DNA of 53,191 bases, filler included, from Squatina squatina (GCA_031763465.1; 3 parts of 3 records of this genome joined end to end with filler, not necessarily neighbours in it); one strand, 5' to 3'. Counted from the first letter of the whole stretch, positions 37,148 through 51,359 are shown. Made by a program: numbers and translations. Notes: generated by a model not told the origin, from the sequence alone.

Positions 37148-39524
37148 TATATAAATGAATTGGCCATTTAAATAAAGATTTTCTTTAAAAGTGCTCATTA
37201 CTGAGCAGAAAACCAATAATATTAAAACATCAAACAGCAGACATTTGGATTCCGTCTACATGACTTTCAGCCAAAATAAACTAAGTTACATCACAAAGGG
37301 AGCCAGCAAAACAAAAAATCACAGGGCCAACGGAATGCTTATCACCACATTATTTTACATTTCTAAGATAATTATCACTTTGCTGAAAATCAGCAGCAGT
37401 GATTCATATACAATAGGTAAATGGCATTCAGCTTTCCAAAGTTTCTTTTAGACCAGATTGGAAACAGTTTGCTTGCATTTGTTGTTTGTCTTCATTTGGT
37501 AATGAGCATTTGCCAAGTATTTACGTGAAAATTCACATGTTTCAGTGGTTGCTTTACAAACCCTTTGTACTTTGCCTGTTTTGATAACAATCAGTTTGGA
37601 TTCCAGCAAGCAAGAAATTGTGAAGTATTGTGGATCTTTGCGATGTTTACTTTAAACAAAATTGTATGGTCTGAAATTCCTCTTTTAATGAACAATGAGA
37701 GAATGCATGGTGTTCTCTTCAATTCTTGTCCTGCTGAAGAAATTGCAGGAATGTGCAACTTCAGATTGTGTGATTTCTGAGAATGCAACTTTGCTGATTA
37801 CAGCGGAAAACATTGTAAAAAAAAATGAAACCATGACTGTAAAGAAAGCATATTATTGACTGCTTCCTGGACAACGACTGCAGTCTAACGAGTGAGTGCC
37901 TCTTCCTGAGATTCTAATGGCTACATCAAAAGCTAGCTTGAGGTGCATCTTGGATGATGTAATAGCTCAGTAGGATCATCCACAGTTTAAAAAAAAAGTC
38001 AAATACATTATTTTAAAACAAACTGCAAGAAAAACAGTGTAATGTGTCAATTACGGAAAAATCTGAGAAATATTTTTGTCAAGCATATCAAACATCCTAA
38101 TTTCAAGGATTGCTTTCAGGTTGCAATATTTGTTTGAATATTTATCAATGTCTGTAACAATCCTTCCTTTATTTAAATGCTATTATACAATTTCCAAAAT
38201 TATAATTGAAACCGCTCACTAAAACTATATTCATTAGGTTTAGTCCNNNNNNNNNNNNNNNNNNNNNNNNNNNNNNNNNNNNNNNNNNNNNNNNNNNNNN
38301 NNNNNNNNNNNNNNNNNNNNNNNNNNNNNNNNNNNNNNNNNNNNNNNNNNNNNNNNNNNNNNNNNNNNNNNNNNNNNNNNNNNNNNNNNNNNNNNNNNNN
38401 NNNNNNNNNNNNNNNNNNNNNNNNNNNNNNNNNNNNNNNNNNNNNNNNNNNNNNNNNNNNNNNNNNNNNNNNNNNNNNNNNNNNNNNNNNNNNNNNNNNN
38501 NNNNNNNNNNNNNNNNNNNNNNNNNNNNNNNNNNNNNNNNNNNNNNNNNNNNNNNNNNNNNNNNNNNNNNNNNNNNNNNNNNNNNNNNNNNNNNNNNNNN
38601 NNNNNNNNNNNNNNNNNNNNNNNNNNNNNNNNNNNNNNNNNNNNNNNNNNNNNNNNNNNNNNNNNNNNNNNNNNNNNNNNNNNNNNNNNNNNNNNNNNNN
38701 NNNNNNNNNNNNNNNNNNNNNNNNNNNNNNNNNNNNNNNNNNNNNNNNNNNNNNNNNNNNNNNNNNNNNNNNNNNNNNNNNNNNNNNNNNNNNNNNNNNN
38801 NNNNNNNNNNNNNNNNNNNNNNNNNNNNNNNNNNNNNNNNNNNNNNNNNNNNNNNNNNNNNNNNNNNNNNNNNNNNNNNNNNNNNNNNNNNNNNNNNNNN
38901 NNNNNNNNNNNNNNNNNNNNNNNNNNNNNNNNNNNNNNNNNNNNNNNNNNNNNNNNNNNNNNNNNNNNNNNNNNNNNNNNNNNNNNNNNNNNNNNNNNNN
39001 NNNNNNNNNNNNNNNNNNNNNNNNNNNNNNAATCTTGGATAATTAGTCATAAAATGATGAGCAACTCAAATGTCTTGAATTATATATGGCAAATCATAGG
39101 AAAAGCCCCTTCCCACCAGCAAAACGAGCATGAGAAACCCAAGGAAGAGCTCCCCTGAGCAAAGCAGTGAGAAAGTTACAAGGAGCCCAGAGTGAAAGAT
39201 ACTTTACATAGAAAAGTACATAATATATTCCACTTTTATCAGAGTCAAACAAAAGTACAAGTGACTATGTAGACAGTTACTGCTATGCTAAAAGCAAGGA
39301 CAATCTAAACATTTGGTTAACGTGATGTAATTTTGAGGAAAGGAAATGCAAGGTCTTTAAGACATGTGACCCAGACTGATTCAATGTCTCGGTCTTTTTT
39401 TAAAAATCCTAGCAGGAATCCTTCACTGATCTAAGATTAATTCATGAACAAATTTCAGATTAACATCACTCTCTCCAAATATTAACCAGGAGAAACTTTT
39501 TTTTTGTCCAAACTTAACACTTAC

Positions 39525-39665
39525 CTTCTTTAATTGTGCTTCCAACTTACTACATTCTTCCTTTTTTTGCTCTATGGCTATTTCTAGAGTTTTTAATTTG
39601 GAATCTTTCTTTAAGCCTGTTGAAGCCAAAGAGGATGCATGTTCCTTCAAGTCAATCAAACTAGA
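39525..39665 (-). CDS. ERC2: ERC2 (CAST) coiled-coil exon
   Basis: 141 nt, phase 0-0, bounded by ttttctttcag and gtaagt. Translates SSLIDLKEHASSLASTGLKKDSKLKTLEIAIEQKKEECSKLEAQLKK. SSLIDL and IAIEQKKEECSKLEAQLKK favour ERC2 over ERC1. Confidence 0.92.
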
Positions 39666-39890
39666 CTGAAAGAAAACAAACAATTATCATTGAAAGTAAC
39701 AGATCATGTTCTGTAGATTACAATCTAAAAATAAATTGGAAGTATTTTCTTTAATAGTGTTCAATTCTGGGTATATATTTAAATCATTTGNNNNNNNNNN
39801 NNNNNNNNNNNNNNNNNNNNNNNNNNNNNNNNNNNNNNNNNNNNNNNNNNNNNNNNNNNNNNNNNNNNNNNNNNNNNNNNNNNNNNNNNN

Positions 39891-40130
39891 AATTTCTTCA
39901 CTCAGGGTGGTGAGTCTTTGGAATTCTTGACCCCAGAGGGCTGTGGAGGCTCAATCATTGAGTATATTCAAGACAGAGATTGATGGATTTCTAGACATTA
40001 AGGGCATCGAGGGATGTGGGGATAGTGCAGGAAAATGGCGTTGAGGTAGAAGATCAGCCATGATCTTGTTGAATGGTGGAGCAGGCTCGAATGGCCTACT
40101 CCTGCTCCTAGTTCATACTTTCTTTGTTAT
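39891..40130 (+). mobile_element. CR1 LINE 3' end
   Basis: RVVSLWNS.PQRAVEA-type end of ORF2, followed by the tail gatcagccatgatc...gaatggcctactcctgctcc. Confidence 0.85.
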
Positions 40131-41791
40131 GTTTTTCTGGATCAGCAGCAGGGCTGAACCTAGCCCTGTGCTCAGCACTGACAGATCAGCAGTAGGACTG
40201 TAATAGTATAGGCCAAATCTTCTACCTACAGTCACACTACAAGGCTCTGCACAGATCGCAGGGCCTTGTAGACTGTCCCCAACGTATTGTTTGAATCAGT
40301 TAAATAATGCCGTTGTAGATTTAAAAATGCAGCATTTTAGGTGGCAAAAACACGACTACTGCTCTAGTTTATACATTGTTTTAAAATTAATTTACTGTTA
40401 AGTGATCACATTTTGAATCATTATGTTAGAAAAGACAGAAACCAAAACCACCCTGCTGAGGTTTCAGATTTAGTGCATTCCTACCAGTGAAGAGCGCAAT
40501 AGACATTACATCGGTTTTATTCACGACGCTGTGTCCCTGTTAAGTTAAAAGAAGCAGAAATGATGGATTATTACTTCTACAAATTCTAATAAGTAGTTGC
40601 AAAATGTTATGATATATGGATAAATAAGGACTGTTACTTAGGAGCATTTGTCTGTGACTTGAGAATGTCCTCACTGGAAAGTACGGGAGTATTTTTATAA
40701 TGGATCTTTTATCATTTTTCTATTTTCAAAACAGCAAAGGGCATACTTTGCAGGCAGGTCTGCAAGATCAGATTGTAATTCCATGATCCTGCACTCCCAG
40801 CAGGGAGCTGTACCTTCAGGGAGGAGCAGTTAGAGAAATGGGACTACAGTGTTCTAATCATATCTCTGTCCTCATGGTCCCTGCAAGCTTAGTTTCACAT
40901 TTGGACTATGAGATTGGTGAATTACTCCTTATTAAATAGCAACCAAATGTACCAGCCTGTTTGCTCAGAGGACACCATGTCCGATTCGGGCACTCCCAAT
41001 TAATTTTAATAGCCAGAAAATCAGAAGTACAGCAAAATAGGTAAAATGACCTCAAAATCTGATCTGTGCTCCCACTGGACAGTCAGATGGAGTCTTACAA
41101 TTTTGGGGCTGTAGAGTAAAGCTCTCTCAACTCTACCCAGCAATATTTCTCAGCCATAACCTCTGAACAGAACCTACAGCACGACAATTCCCAGAGCAGC
41201 CAACCTGTTGCATCTCTAATTCAATCTGCTAAATTAGAGGCACTTTGTGCTGTGGATAATGCCCATTAGGCACTGGATTAAAACTGCCTGGGCTCACTTT
41301 ACCCTTAGAGCCAACAGTGGAAGATTTTAATCTCTTCAGTCTGGGTTAAATGAAGAACATGATGGACAGAGCATGGATCATCTGCTGTCCCCTCTCCCTC
41401 CATTCCTCGTGAGGTAATGTCATGACACAGTAGTGCCAGTGAGGAGCCTGCCGAGACAGCAGCATGGGTCAGTAACATTATAGCCCTGATTCTCTAAGTT
41501 GCACTGCCTTTGCGTGTAACTCTCGACTGAGTGGGGGAACTGCTGAAATTGTCCTTGTAAAGTATTTTGGAAATCCTGATCAGGTTGAAGTGGAATGCAA
41601 CTAAATTATGCTAGACAGTTAAAATTTATCAATATTTGTACCCCACTAGAATTTAGTTCGAACACAGTAGAAATTCATATGGCACATATTAAATGTAAAG
41701 CTTTGTTTTTAAAGTTTGATTACTGGGCCTACCTATCGTGAAAGGACTATTATGATGGCTCTTGCAATGTAATCTCACATTACTAACTCAC

Positions 41792-41932
41792 CTCTTTTTC
41801 TGCAAGTTCTGCTTGCAAATTGTTAATCTTCTCTTTAAGGTCCTTATTTTCTTTTTTATATGACTCAACCTCTTCCAGCCTTTCACGATCATCTCTTTCA
41901 CGTTGCTCCTTGAGGCGTTCTATAATTCTTTC
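41792..41932 (-). CDS. ERC2: ERC2 (CAST) coiled-coil exon, immediately upstream of the 39525-39665 exon
   Basis: 141 nt, phase 0-0, bounded by tttttgtcacttctag and gtgagt. Translates ERIIERLKEQRERDDRERLEEVESYKKENKDLKEKINNLQAELAEKE, and joins the next exon in frame (EKE|SSLIDL). Confidence 0.93.
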
Positions 41933-42940
41933 CTAGAAGTGACAAAAATGAGCCCAACAATTAAAGGTAAAGTAATTTACAATTCAAATTTGCAAACGTT
42001 GCACGTGTGTAAAACGTCTGTTTTTTTAAAATCTGCAGTAATACAAAAGTNNNNNNNNNNNNNNNNNNNNNNNNNNNNNNNNNNNNNNNNNNNNNNNNNN
42101 NNNNNNNNNNNNNNNNNNNNNNNNNNNNNNNNNNNNNNNNNNNNNNNNNNNNNNNNNNNNNNNNNNNNNNNNNNNNNNNNNNNNNNNNNNNNNNNNNNNN
42201 NNNNNNNNNNNNNNNNNNNNNNNNNNNNNNNNNNNNNNNNNNNNNNNNNNNNNNNNNNNNNNNNNNNNNNNNNNNNNNNNNNNNNNNNNNNNNNNNNNNN
42301 NNNNNNNNNNNNNNNNNNNNNNNNNNNNNNNNNNNNNNNNNNNNNNNNNNNNNNNNNNNNNNNNNNNNNNNNNNNNNNNNNNNNNNNNNNNNNNNNNNNN
42401 NNNNNNNNNNNNNNNNNNNNNNNNNNNNNNNNNNNNNNNNNNNNNNNNNNNNNNNNNNNNNNNNNNNNNNNNNNNNNNNNNNNNNNNNNNNNNNNNNNNN
42501 NNNNNNNNNNNNNNNNNNNNNNNNNNNNNNNNNNNNNNNNNNNNNNNNNNNNNNNNNNNNNNNNNNNNNNNNNNNNNNNNNNNNNNNNNNNNNNNNNNNN
42601 NNNNNNNNNNNNNNNNNNNNNNNNNNNNNNNNNNNNNNNNNNNNNNNNNNNNNNNNNNNNNNNNNNNNNNNNNNNNNNNNNNNNNNNNNNNNNNNNNNNN
42701 NNNNNNNNNNNNNNNNNNNNNNNNNNNNNNNNNNNNNNNNNNNNNNNNNNNNNNNNNNNNNNNNNNNNNNNNNNNNNNNNNNNNNNNNNNNNNNNNNNNN
42801 NNNNNNNNNNNNNNNNNNNNNNNNNNNNNNNNNNNNNNNNNNNNNNNNNNNNNNNNNNNNACCCGTTTTTCTTTCAACAACTGAGCCAGAAGTTGGAGCC
42901 AACAATTGCTAACTGAGAGAAATATAATAATAATAGCTAT

Positions 42941-43149
42941 TAGCAAAACACCTCATTAAGAAACAATTGAATCTCATCATTATAAACTTATGGGGACCAG
43001 GAAAATATCAGTTCTAATCATGGATTCATGTAATTGAGGTTTGAAATCCTCTCTTGACCGTAATGGAGCTTTAAGCAAAACCATGGGGGGGCGTGGGGGG
43101 GAAACAAAGTTTGCAATAACAGAGTTTATTATAACAAGGTTCTACTATA
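42941..43149. mobile_element. Degenerate Tigger/pogo-type MITE
   Basis: Right end ataacagagtttattataacaaggttctactata resembles the ...ATAACGAGGTTCTACTG-TA terminus. Internal ggggaccaggaaaa motif, with a weakly matching left end. Confidence 0.45.
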
Positions 43150-46100
43150 GGCCACAGCTTCTACAACTAAACCACAAAAATTTATGTTGTAAAAAAATGT
43201 AATCAGGCAGTTGGTTTTGAGCCTCCAGGGGCCTTGAATGTTTAAAGAGGCAGCACAGATGGGGCTTGATCCCTGAGGCAAGCTTGCTTCTTGGCAAGCT
43301 CAGTTACTCCTTGAGCTTTCGCTAGGACTGGTCAACTTAAATCTGTCTCTGCCAGATTTGCTACACCAAGATACTTGGTTAAAGGGGGAAATAAACTTTG
43401 CAAGTGACTGGGTATTAAGTGTCTGTCATTTCTGACAAAGCTACAGTCAACTGAGCTCTGAAGAACTGCCCACATAATTTGGCCTGGACTTCCAAAAATG
43501 CTGAGGTATGCATGTACCCAAAGAAGCTGTAAAGCTTCAGCTATTCCGGTTGTAGATTCAGATGGAAACAACAAGACCCTTCTCCAAAGTGAATTGGGAT
43601 GTGGGCGTGGTACTCCTGATTATGTGATTTGCAAATATATTCGGCAACTAGAGATGCTTATTCTTTTCCCTTTGCAATTTGAACCAAACATCATTGATTC
43701 CTGGTCTGGAGGAGTAGTTCTGGGAAGAGTTGNNNNNNNNNNNNNNNNNNNNNNNNNNNNNNNNNNNNNNNNNNNNNNNNNNNNNNNNNNNNNNNNNNNN
43801 NNNNNNNNNNNNNNNNNNNNNNNNNNNNNNNNTCCTGATCCTTTATTCCTTCAGTTTCCAGAGGCCTGAGAGGAAAGGGAGGAACTGCATTCAGTGATTT
43901 TCCCAACCAGGGAATTAGCAGGCTGTCAAGAGCTAAGGCCCTGCAACATCAGCCTTTGGAAGTTTTTCATCTGGGGCTGTGTGGTGTACAACTGATGTGT
44001 AAAGACCAGAAACAACCCCAATTCAATTCCTAATCTCCACAGACTTAGCAGGACATTAAATTGGCCTGTGTGTGCTCAGATAAAGGTCGGATAAAAATCC
44101 TGCCCTGATCGCTATTCATGGATTTCCGCTGGGAAAAAAGCGCATGGATAAAGGTAGTGTAGAACATCAGTCGCACATTTGATGCTTTACACGGTGAATA
44201 GCCTGCTAACACACAATAAGCTCACATATGAACAATGGTACCTGGGTAAGATTCCAGCTAGCTGCTGTCACCCACAGAATCACGCCCCAGAATGGGGAAT
44301 GGAGGACAACAATTCAGGTGGGGAGAGCAGAGGAGATAGATTGATTTGCTTATTATCTACTCTGTTAACTAGTGGCTTTATGTCAATTCTACAATGCTGG
44401 ATCACAAAATCAGCTGCAGCCACCATCCTGAAAGTGAGACTTTGCAGTGATTCTATTCCTAGCAGAAAAAGGCATTGGCTATTTCTGGACATATGTTTAT
44501 TTCAGAATCATAGAATGGTACAGCACAGAAGTGCTTGCGCCTTTTTTTTTTAAATGTTGTGGATAAGGGCTTCCATTTAATCATTTTGTTCCTTGTGAAA
44601 TTACCATTTTGGACCAGCTTTCGTATCTTGAAACTATTCCAATGACATAGCTCTACTGGAAGTTGCCTGGACTGGAAATAATTTACTAACGTTTTCAATT
44701 TTGGGCACCTCTAAAAGACAGGAAGGCCAGTTTAAGACATAGACCCGAGAAAAGTAATGGAGCTACTTTAGAACATGCTTTGTTTACACCATAACTCGTA
44801 CTGAGTGGCTCCAGGTGGAAGTGCCAGGTCAGCACATGGGGAGGAATAACTAATTGATTTCAAACTCAGGAAATATAATCAAATTAGGGAGTGCTTTGTG
44901 TTGAAATTTTCCCACAAGACTTTCTTTTCCCAGTAAGAGAGAGAAACTTAATGCTCCCATGCTATGCACCATTCCTTGACTAAGAAAAGATGGACAAGCA
45001 GTATCTATCAATGACATTTTTAACTGATTGTTAGCAAATGTGCTAAAATAGCTCTATTTCCCTCATGGTACAACTATTTCAATTTCAAANNNNNNNNNNT
45101 AACTGAAGATCAAATGGCTGATCTCCCAATGTTTTGCCCCAAAGAGTGCTTCGAGTCCCCGTTCTCTGCATATCAAAATGTGACTTTATCTGAAAAATAT
45201 CTGGTATTCACGCAAAATGGTACGAGGCCTTTTGTGCTGTGCTAGTTTTCAGATAATGGAAGGAAACACATCAGATCATGCAAATAGGCTATAAATTGGA
45301 ATTATTGAAAGTAAAAACTAAATAGTAGCAAAGTCAACACTGCAGATTTTACTTTATTATTGAACTCTTACCGCACAGCTCCTCAGATACAAAAACAAAA
45401 GATGAGACACTTTGCTGCAAACTCTCATCACCAAACCTGTAACAATGTCCATAATACAAACTTAGTTAATCTAATCCACTTCGACGGTGGATGTAATACA
45501 ATGACGCTGGCAGAAAGCATCTCTTTGCTTGGGCAAGGTGCTGTCAATTAACATTTATCCCCCAGATAAATCATGTGGGACCTCCCATGGAGGTTGCTTG
45601 TCAAAGCAGCCCTCTGGGAATGACGATCAAAATAATTGATAGATAGGATGGCACCTGGCTGCTTCTGTGTAGGAAAAAAGCCAACTCCATTAGCCCGGCC
45701 ATTAAGGATGGTGAATACAACTGAAGTATTTNNNNNNNNNNNNNNNNNNNNNNNNNNNNNNNNNNNNNNNNNNNNNNNNNNNNNNNNNNNNNNNNNNNNN
45801 NNNNNNNNNNNNNNNNNNNNNNNNNNNNNNNTTTCCATTTGCATCTGGTCAACATTCAATATTTTCTGGTTTTAAACATTACTTTGCATCACTCAGTAAC
45901 ACGGTATTAGTAAGATTATACTATATGTGGATATTCAGTTTTTCATTGTTGTTCTAATAGAATATTCCTGCTTTCTAATTTTGTATCTATTAATGTTTGC
46001 ACTAAAATAAATATTTTCAAATAAATACTGCAGTTGATTTTAGATGAGTTAGTTATTTTATAAAGACAAGACAGTGCATGCTTTTCAAACTATAATGCTT

Positions 46101-47584
46101 CGATGCCCGCTTAACACTTCACCCTGATTAAATTTTATTGAATGCAAAATATCAAAACAGCCCTGACTTCTCCAAATGCTTTTTGCATTTTGCCCTGTAA
46201 TATCTTTTACACACCTTGCCAACTTTTAATAATCTATTTGCATTGTGCAAAATCAGGTCAACTCAAAGCATTCCTTCACGTTATCTATTCTGTCAATAAA
46301 CTGAAAGTGCTAATCTTGTTGTTTTAGTGACTGGATACTGAATGCTCCTTAAGTACTCTGGGGATTAAAGTAAATCTTACCTGTAGACAGGCTGTACTGT
46401 TACAGACCAGGCTTTTGGGCTCTAACGTATTCTACATGTCTAGGTGAGCCAAAAAAAATTAAAGCAAGATCACAACAAAAAATTCTGAAAGCACAGAAGC
46501 TTGGAATTCGACAACACTTCAAACTTTTTGTTTCAACTGTGGAACAGAAGCTTGTTTTTCAGGACNNNNNNNNNNNNNNNNNNNNNNNNNNNNNNNNNNN
46601 NNNNNNNNNNNNNNNNNNNNNNNNNNNNNNNNNNNNNNNNNNNNNNNNNNNNNNNNNNNNNNNNNCAGACAGTAGTAAGAAACCCAACAATTACACAAAT
46701 GTGTAATGTTCTATCCATAACCTTTGGTCCTTTTACAGATGATGCCAATTTGAAGAAACCAAATTGAACATGCTTGAAATGAAGGGTTGCCAGCTTCACA
46801 TAAGAACTTCTTGGATCAGAGAAAGCCACACTACAAAGAGTTAATAGAAAATTTATAAATCATCAAGAAACCTGGTTCTGGGCTTTAAAAAGCTATTAGA
46901 TAACCCTTAATAGTAGGACATACTGTCTAAATGATCATTTGAATTGTCTTTCCTACGCATAGTATAATTATGTCACTTAATTAATAATCATGTTTCCTTA
47001 TCAATATGAATAATTCAACATTATTCATATCAAGTAACAAACACAAGTCTACATATTTGAAATAATTAAAAATAATTAGTTAACTAATACTTCCTTACTC
47101 ACTTGAAGTGTAAGTCAGCAAATTAAACATACATGCATCTGGAAACATTGCTTTTCCCGCACCAAATCTTTGGAAGGCTATTAAGGCTAATTTGGAGACA
47201 TTCAGCCAGAAGTTAGATACCATCTTTAAAAGAATATTCAGAAAAAAAACGTATTTACCCAGTGCTGTATGGCAAACTTGTAAAGAATCAAACAGCAGCA
47301 GGTGGTTAACACAAAGTTACAAACAGTTTTTTTTGCAAGGAATTCTGTACCTTGGTGCACACTGAATCTAACATACGCAGCTCTGGTATAAACAAATCAT
47401 AATTTTGTGCAACTTATCACCCTTCCTACAATCTTCCAATTGCTTTACAGTTTAATTGGCTCCTCCAGATACAAGTCTGGTTTCAGTACTACAAAATTTT
47501 GGCTTGCAGTACTTGCAGCCAAATAGACAGTATGGGGTCGAATCAAATACTTGCAGAATTCCATACTTCGGTGTTTTGTTATTA

Positions 47585-47674
47585 AAAATTCGTTCCTGGG
47601 ATGTGGGCGTTGCTGGCAAGGCCAGCATTTATTGCCCAAACCTAGTTGCCCTTGAGAAGGTGATGAGCCGCCTT
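47585..47674 (-). mobile_element. CR1-like LINE 3' terminus
   Basis: attcgttcctgggatgtgggcgttgctggcaaggccagcatttattgccc...gcccttgagaaggtg is a common shark LINE tail in reverse orientation. Confidence 0.65.
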
Positions 47675-50499
47675 NNNNNNNNNNNNNNNNNNNNNNNNNN
47701 NNNNNNNNNNNNNNNNNNNNNNNNNNNNNNNNNNNNNNNNNNNNNNNNNNNNNNNNNNNNNNNNNNNNNNNNNNATCAACACAGCATTTGGAACACAACT
47801 GATAATATACATTTTTAAAAAATATATATATATAAAAAAAAGTATAAATATATATATATAAATAAATACCACAACCTTGTCGTAACCTGGCCACATTAGG
47901 TTATCAGATAGCCTGATGCTCCAGAATGTTCTACTTATGCTCCTTATATCTGATCCTTAGAACTCAGATGGAAGCCATTAAGATGAAAGACTTAAAAACT
48001 TCTATGATCTTCCCAAGTTGTGTTCTTACTTTGACCTCTGGCTACAGATCAGCAAAGGCCTTTTGTACACAGGAATCTTATTGTTCTGCATGCTGTTCTT
48101 CAGTAATTTAAAAAAAATATTTTTCAGAAAAATTATTTGCTTCTTAGGCATGCTTTCCTTGGGAAAAAAAACAACTAAACAGATTTACATTTTATGAGGG
48201 ATTCTGCTGTTCAGACCTAACTCCGCTTTCTTCAAAGTGACCTGCAACAGCAATAGTCACATATCAAAGTGTTCAGTTTTCGGTCTACCTGCAGAATTTT
48301 GCCTCCAGTACTTTTTAAATAGTAAATTGCAATCCTACTTTCAAAATAAACACTTCTTTAAAATCGTGTATTGAAAGTGGATCTGGGACCTGCTGAACAA
48401 CATCCATTTGATATAATGGGATCCAAGAATATGTTCAAATCGACGATTCTTATTGATGCAATCACACAAGTTCCTTTGTCAAAAATACAAAGATAAAACC
48501 ATAACAAAACAAATCCTAGTTTTTGAAATAATTTCATGGAATAAGAAATATACATCCATCTATTAAAAATACAGCAAGTTCTGCAACACCGTTTTTCAGA
48601 TGATACAAAATGGCAGATGGTTTACATACAGGTGACAATTTGAAGACCGAGAATACTAAGTTACCTTCCAAAGCAATGAATTAGCTACCCTACTCAACTG
48701 GGAAACCACAGTGATGCCTTGTCTTATGACTTCAAGGTATTTTTTTTAGCTGAAACCCATGTGTCTACTACTTGCCACCTCTGCCTACATGGGAAACTTT
48801 ACTCCCGACATTATCATCAGTTGTTCACTATTTCCATCAGTATGAGGCAGAAGTCTTTTTTTCTGCAATATCAGGTCAAACTTTAAGGCGGTATCTTTTG
48901 TTTAGAATTTAAATGTTTCAAAAGATTTTTTAATGATCCACCCACACATNNNNNNNNNNNNNNNNNNNNNNNNNNNNNNNNNNNNNNNNNNNNNNNNNNN
49001 NNNNNNNNNNNNNNNNNNNNNNNNNNNNNNNNNNNNNNNNNNNNNNNNNCTGTGCAAAAGTGAACATCACTGGAAATGCAAAGCTGCTTAAAATATTTGC
49101 AAAGCATTTTTTAGCTTCCGTTTCGAAATGTGTAACCAGTATTTTTGCATTACCGGTAATTTTAAATGACTCAGTCACCTCTAATGAAGTAGTCCGTGAG
49201 ATAAATTTGGATATATGTAATACACGGTTTTATATTCATGATCGAGCAGGAAGGAAGTAATTAAACTAAATATGTTCTGCTATGAAATCACAGGAAATAG
49301 CATTTAGCTGGAACAACTATCATGCGAAGAACAGATTTATGTCATCGGGAACAAAAGGCCACATTATACACATATGGAGAAGGTCACATAGATACCAGTG
49401 AGCCACAGGTGCTCAGAAAAATCAATACATAACCTAAATTGGAAACAGAGAGCTTTTGCTTGTGATTTTTTTTAAGCTGTGACTTCCAGTGTTTATGCTT
49501 TCAGAGCAGAATAATTATGCAACATGCGGTTGATCTATANNNNNNNNNNATTATTACAAGTACTCATAATCCCTTTAGTAATGCAGTACACACTACTAAA
49601 TGGACACCAAAGTAATGGGCAATTAATCTAAATTGAATGTTTGTGGATTCACATATTAATTCCCCATTTAGTTTTTGTGCAATGGGAACAATAGAGTCAA
49701 GAAATGTTTCAATTGGTACTAAGGTATTCTCATTCAGAGTCTTATACCATATTCATGTTTGGTCAGTGTTACCTCTGGCTTTGCAACTAATTAGAGTTTC
49801 TATCTGTATGGTAGCCCAGGGATTATGAGGCAAGTGAAGCAGGAATAAGGTAGTTAAATGATTTCATCTTGTTATTCAACATGAGAGATAAAAGTATGCT
49901 GAATCACAACCTCACACCAAAACTTTATTTGCCACAGTGCCGAACATGGCTAATATGTGTACGATAGGAATAGTCAAAATTGAACATGGTGAGTACATTT
50001 CAATAATATTGCGTACATATCAACGATACCCAAATAACTGTTACTTCACAAATCCTAAAGGCAGATGTTGCACTTAACTGTAAAAAAAGGGCAAGTTCTG
50101 TAGATTGGCATTAATGATATTTTGAAAAATACTTCTCAATAATTATATTTAACCTTGATAAAGTAGTTCCAACAGGTGTTATTTTGAACATTGCAATTGT
50201 GGGTTCAGTTTCCCAGTCCATGTTACAGGTCCCGTTTCAAAAGTAGTGAAACAAGTTAGGAACACAGACCAAACATCAGAATCTAACTACCCTGGGGGTT
50301 GCAAAGAGTGAGAGAATATTCATCGGTAAGACTCAGGAGGGTTACACAGAATCTATAACACAGAAACAGGCCATTCGGCCCAACTGGTCTGTGCCATTGT
50401 TTGCACTCCATACAAACCTTCTCCCATCCTACCCCGATAGTCCTCTCTTACCTTCTCCCTTATGTGTGCACCAATCATCTCCTTGATAGTGTCAACATT

Positions 50500-51280
50500 G
50501 GCCCGGAATTTGCAGCCATGCAGTGAAGCGAATGCGTTCGCTGCTGACCTCGCAGTACACTCCACACAGGAATCTTGCAATTCCTGTGTCGAGAACTCCG
50601 GGTTTTCCGATCTTGCATTCAATGGAACTTAGTGGGAATCCCCTTGTGCGAAATGCTGTGGCATCAAGAGGCTCCCTAAGCAACTAATCAAAAGGCAGAA
50701 TTCTCACACACAGCGAACAAGGAAGTGGGCAAGCCCTTAAAATTATAACTTTTTTTAAATAGCTGGAGAGAGCAAAAGAAAGATTGGGGCTCTCACATGG
50801 GAAAAGGCAGACCTGAAATAAAGATGCACAAATTTTAAAAATATATTTTTTTTTTGGAAAAGTTTCTTAAATTTATTTTTTTATTAAAATGTAAAAATTT
50901 CACACTGCACAAAATTAAATTCAGTTTTCTAGGCCCTTATCATATGTTTACCAGTGAATATGCTGTTAAAACCCCAGTTACACCTAATCCCTTTGGGTCT
51001 AACTTTTAGTGGGGAATTTAACAGCGTACTTAGTGCAGAAGAGCCAAAGTTTTTGTCAGTTTCAATGATTTACGAAATTTCACTGGTTGCTGGCTTTGAG
51101 GGGGTGGGGAGTGGCAGTGGTGCGGGAAGAAAAGAAAGCGCAGCCAGTTTCTGATCGGTCATTGACAGACCGCAACTTGGGGATTTCCGCGAGCGCTTGC
51201 ACATGTGTCAAATTCCAAAGTTATGATCAGTTTCAAAGGTAAACAGAGTATGCAGTCATACCGACCACAAATTCAGGACC
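50500..51280. mobile_element. Complete 781-bp MITE with imperfect TIRs and a 3-bp target-site duplication (PIF/Harbinger-like)
   Basis: Left GGCCCGGAATTTGCAGCC versus reverse complement of right GGTCCTGAATTTGTGGTC (13/18 identical). Flanked by ATT at 50497-50499 and 51281-51283. No transposase ORF. Confidence 0.7.
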
Positions 51281-51286
51281 ATTGTA

Positions 51287-51359
51287 CACTGGGACCTCGC
51301 TATAACGCACCTCGCTATAGCGTGGGACTCTGTATAACGCGGGTCCGCCTTGGACCCCA
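51287..51359. mobile_element. Left end of Tc1/mariner (Tigger/pogo-type) element
   Basis: TA (51285-51286) followed by CACTGGGACCTCGCTATAACG, with repeated CCTCGCTATA subterminal motifs. Runs into a gap. Confidence 0.65.

Noticed and set aside
47004-47030. Perfect 11-bp inverted repeat ATATGAATAAT/ATTATTCATAT
   Set aside because: Short and almost entirely A/T in an AT-rich region, so it is plausibly chance.
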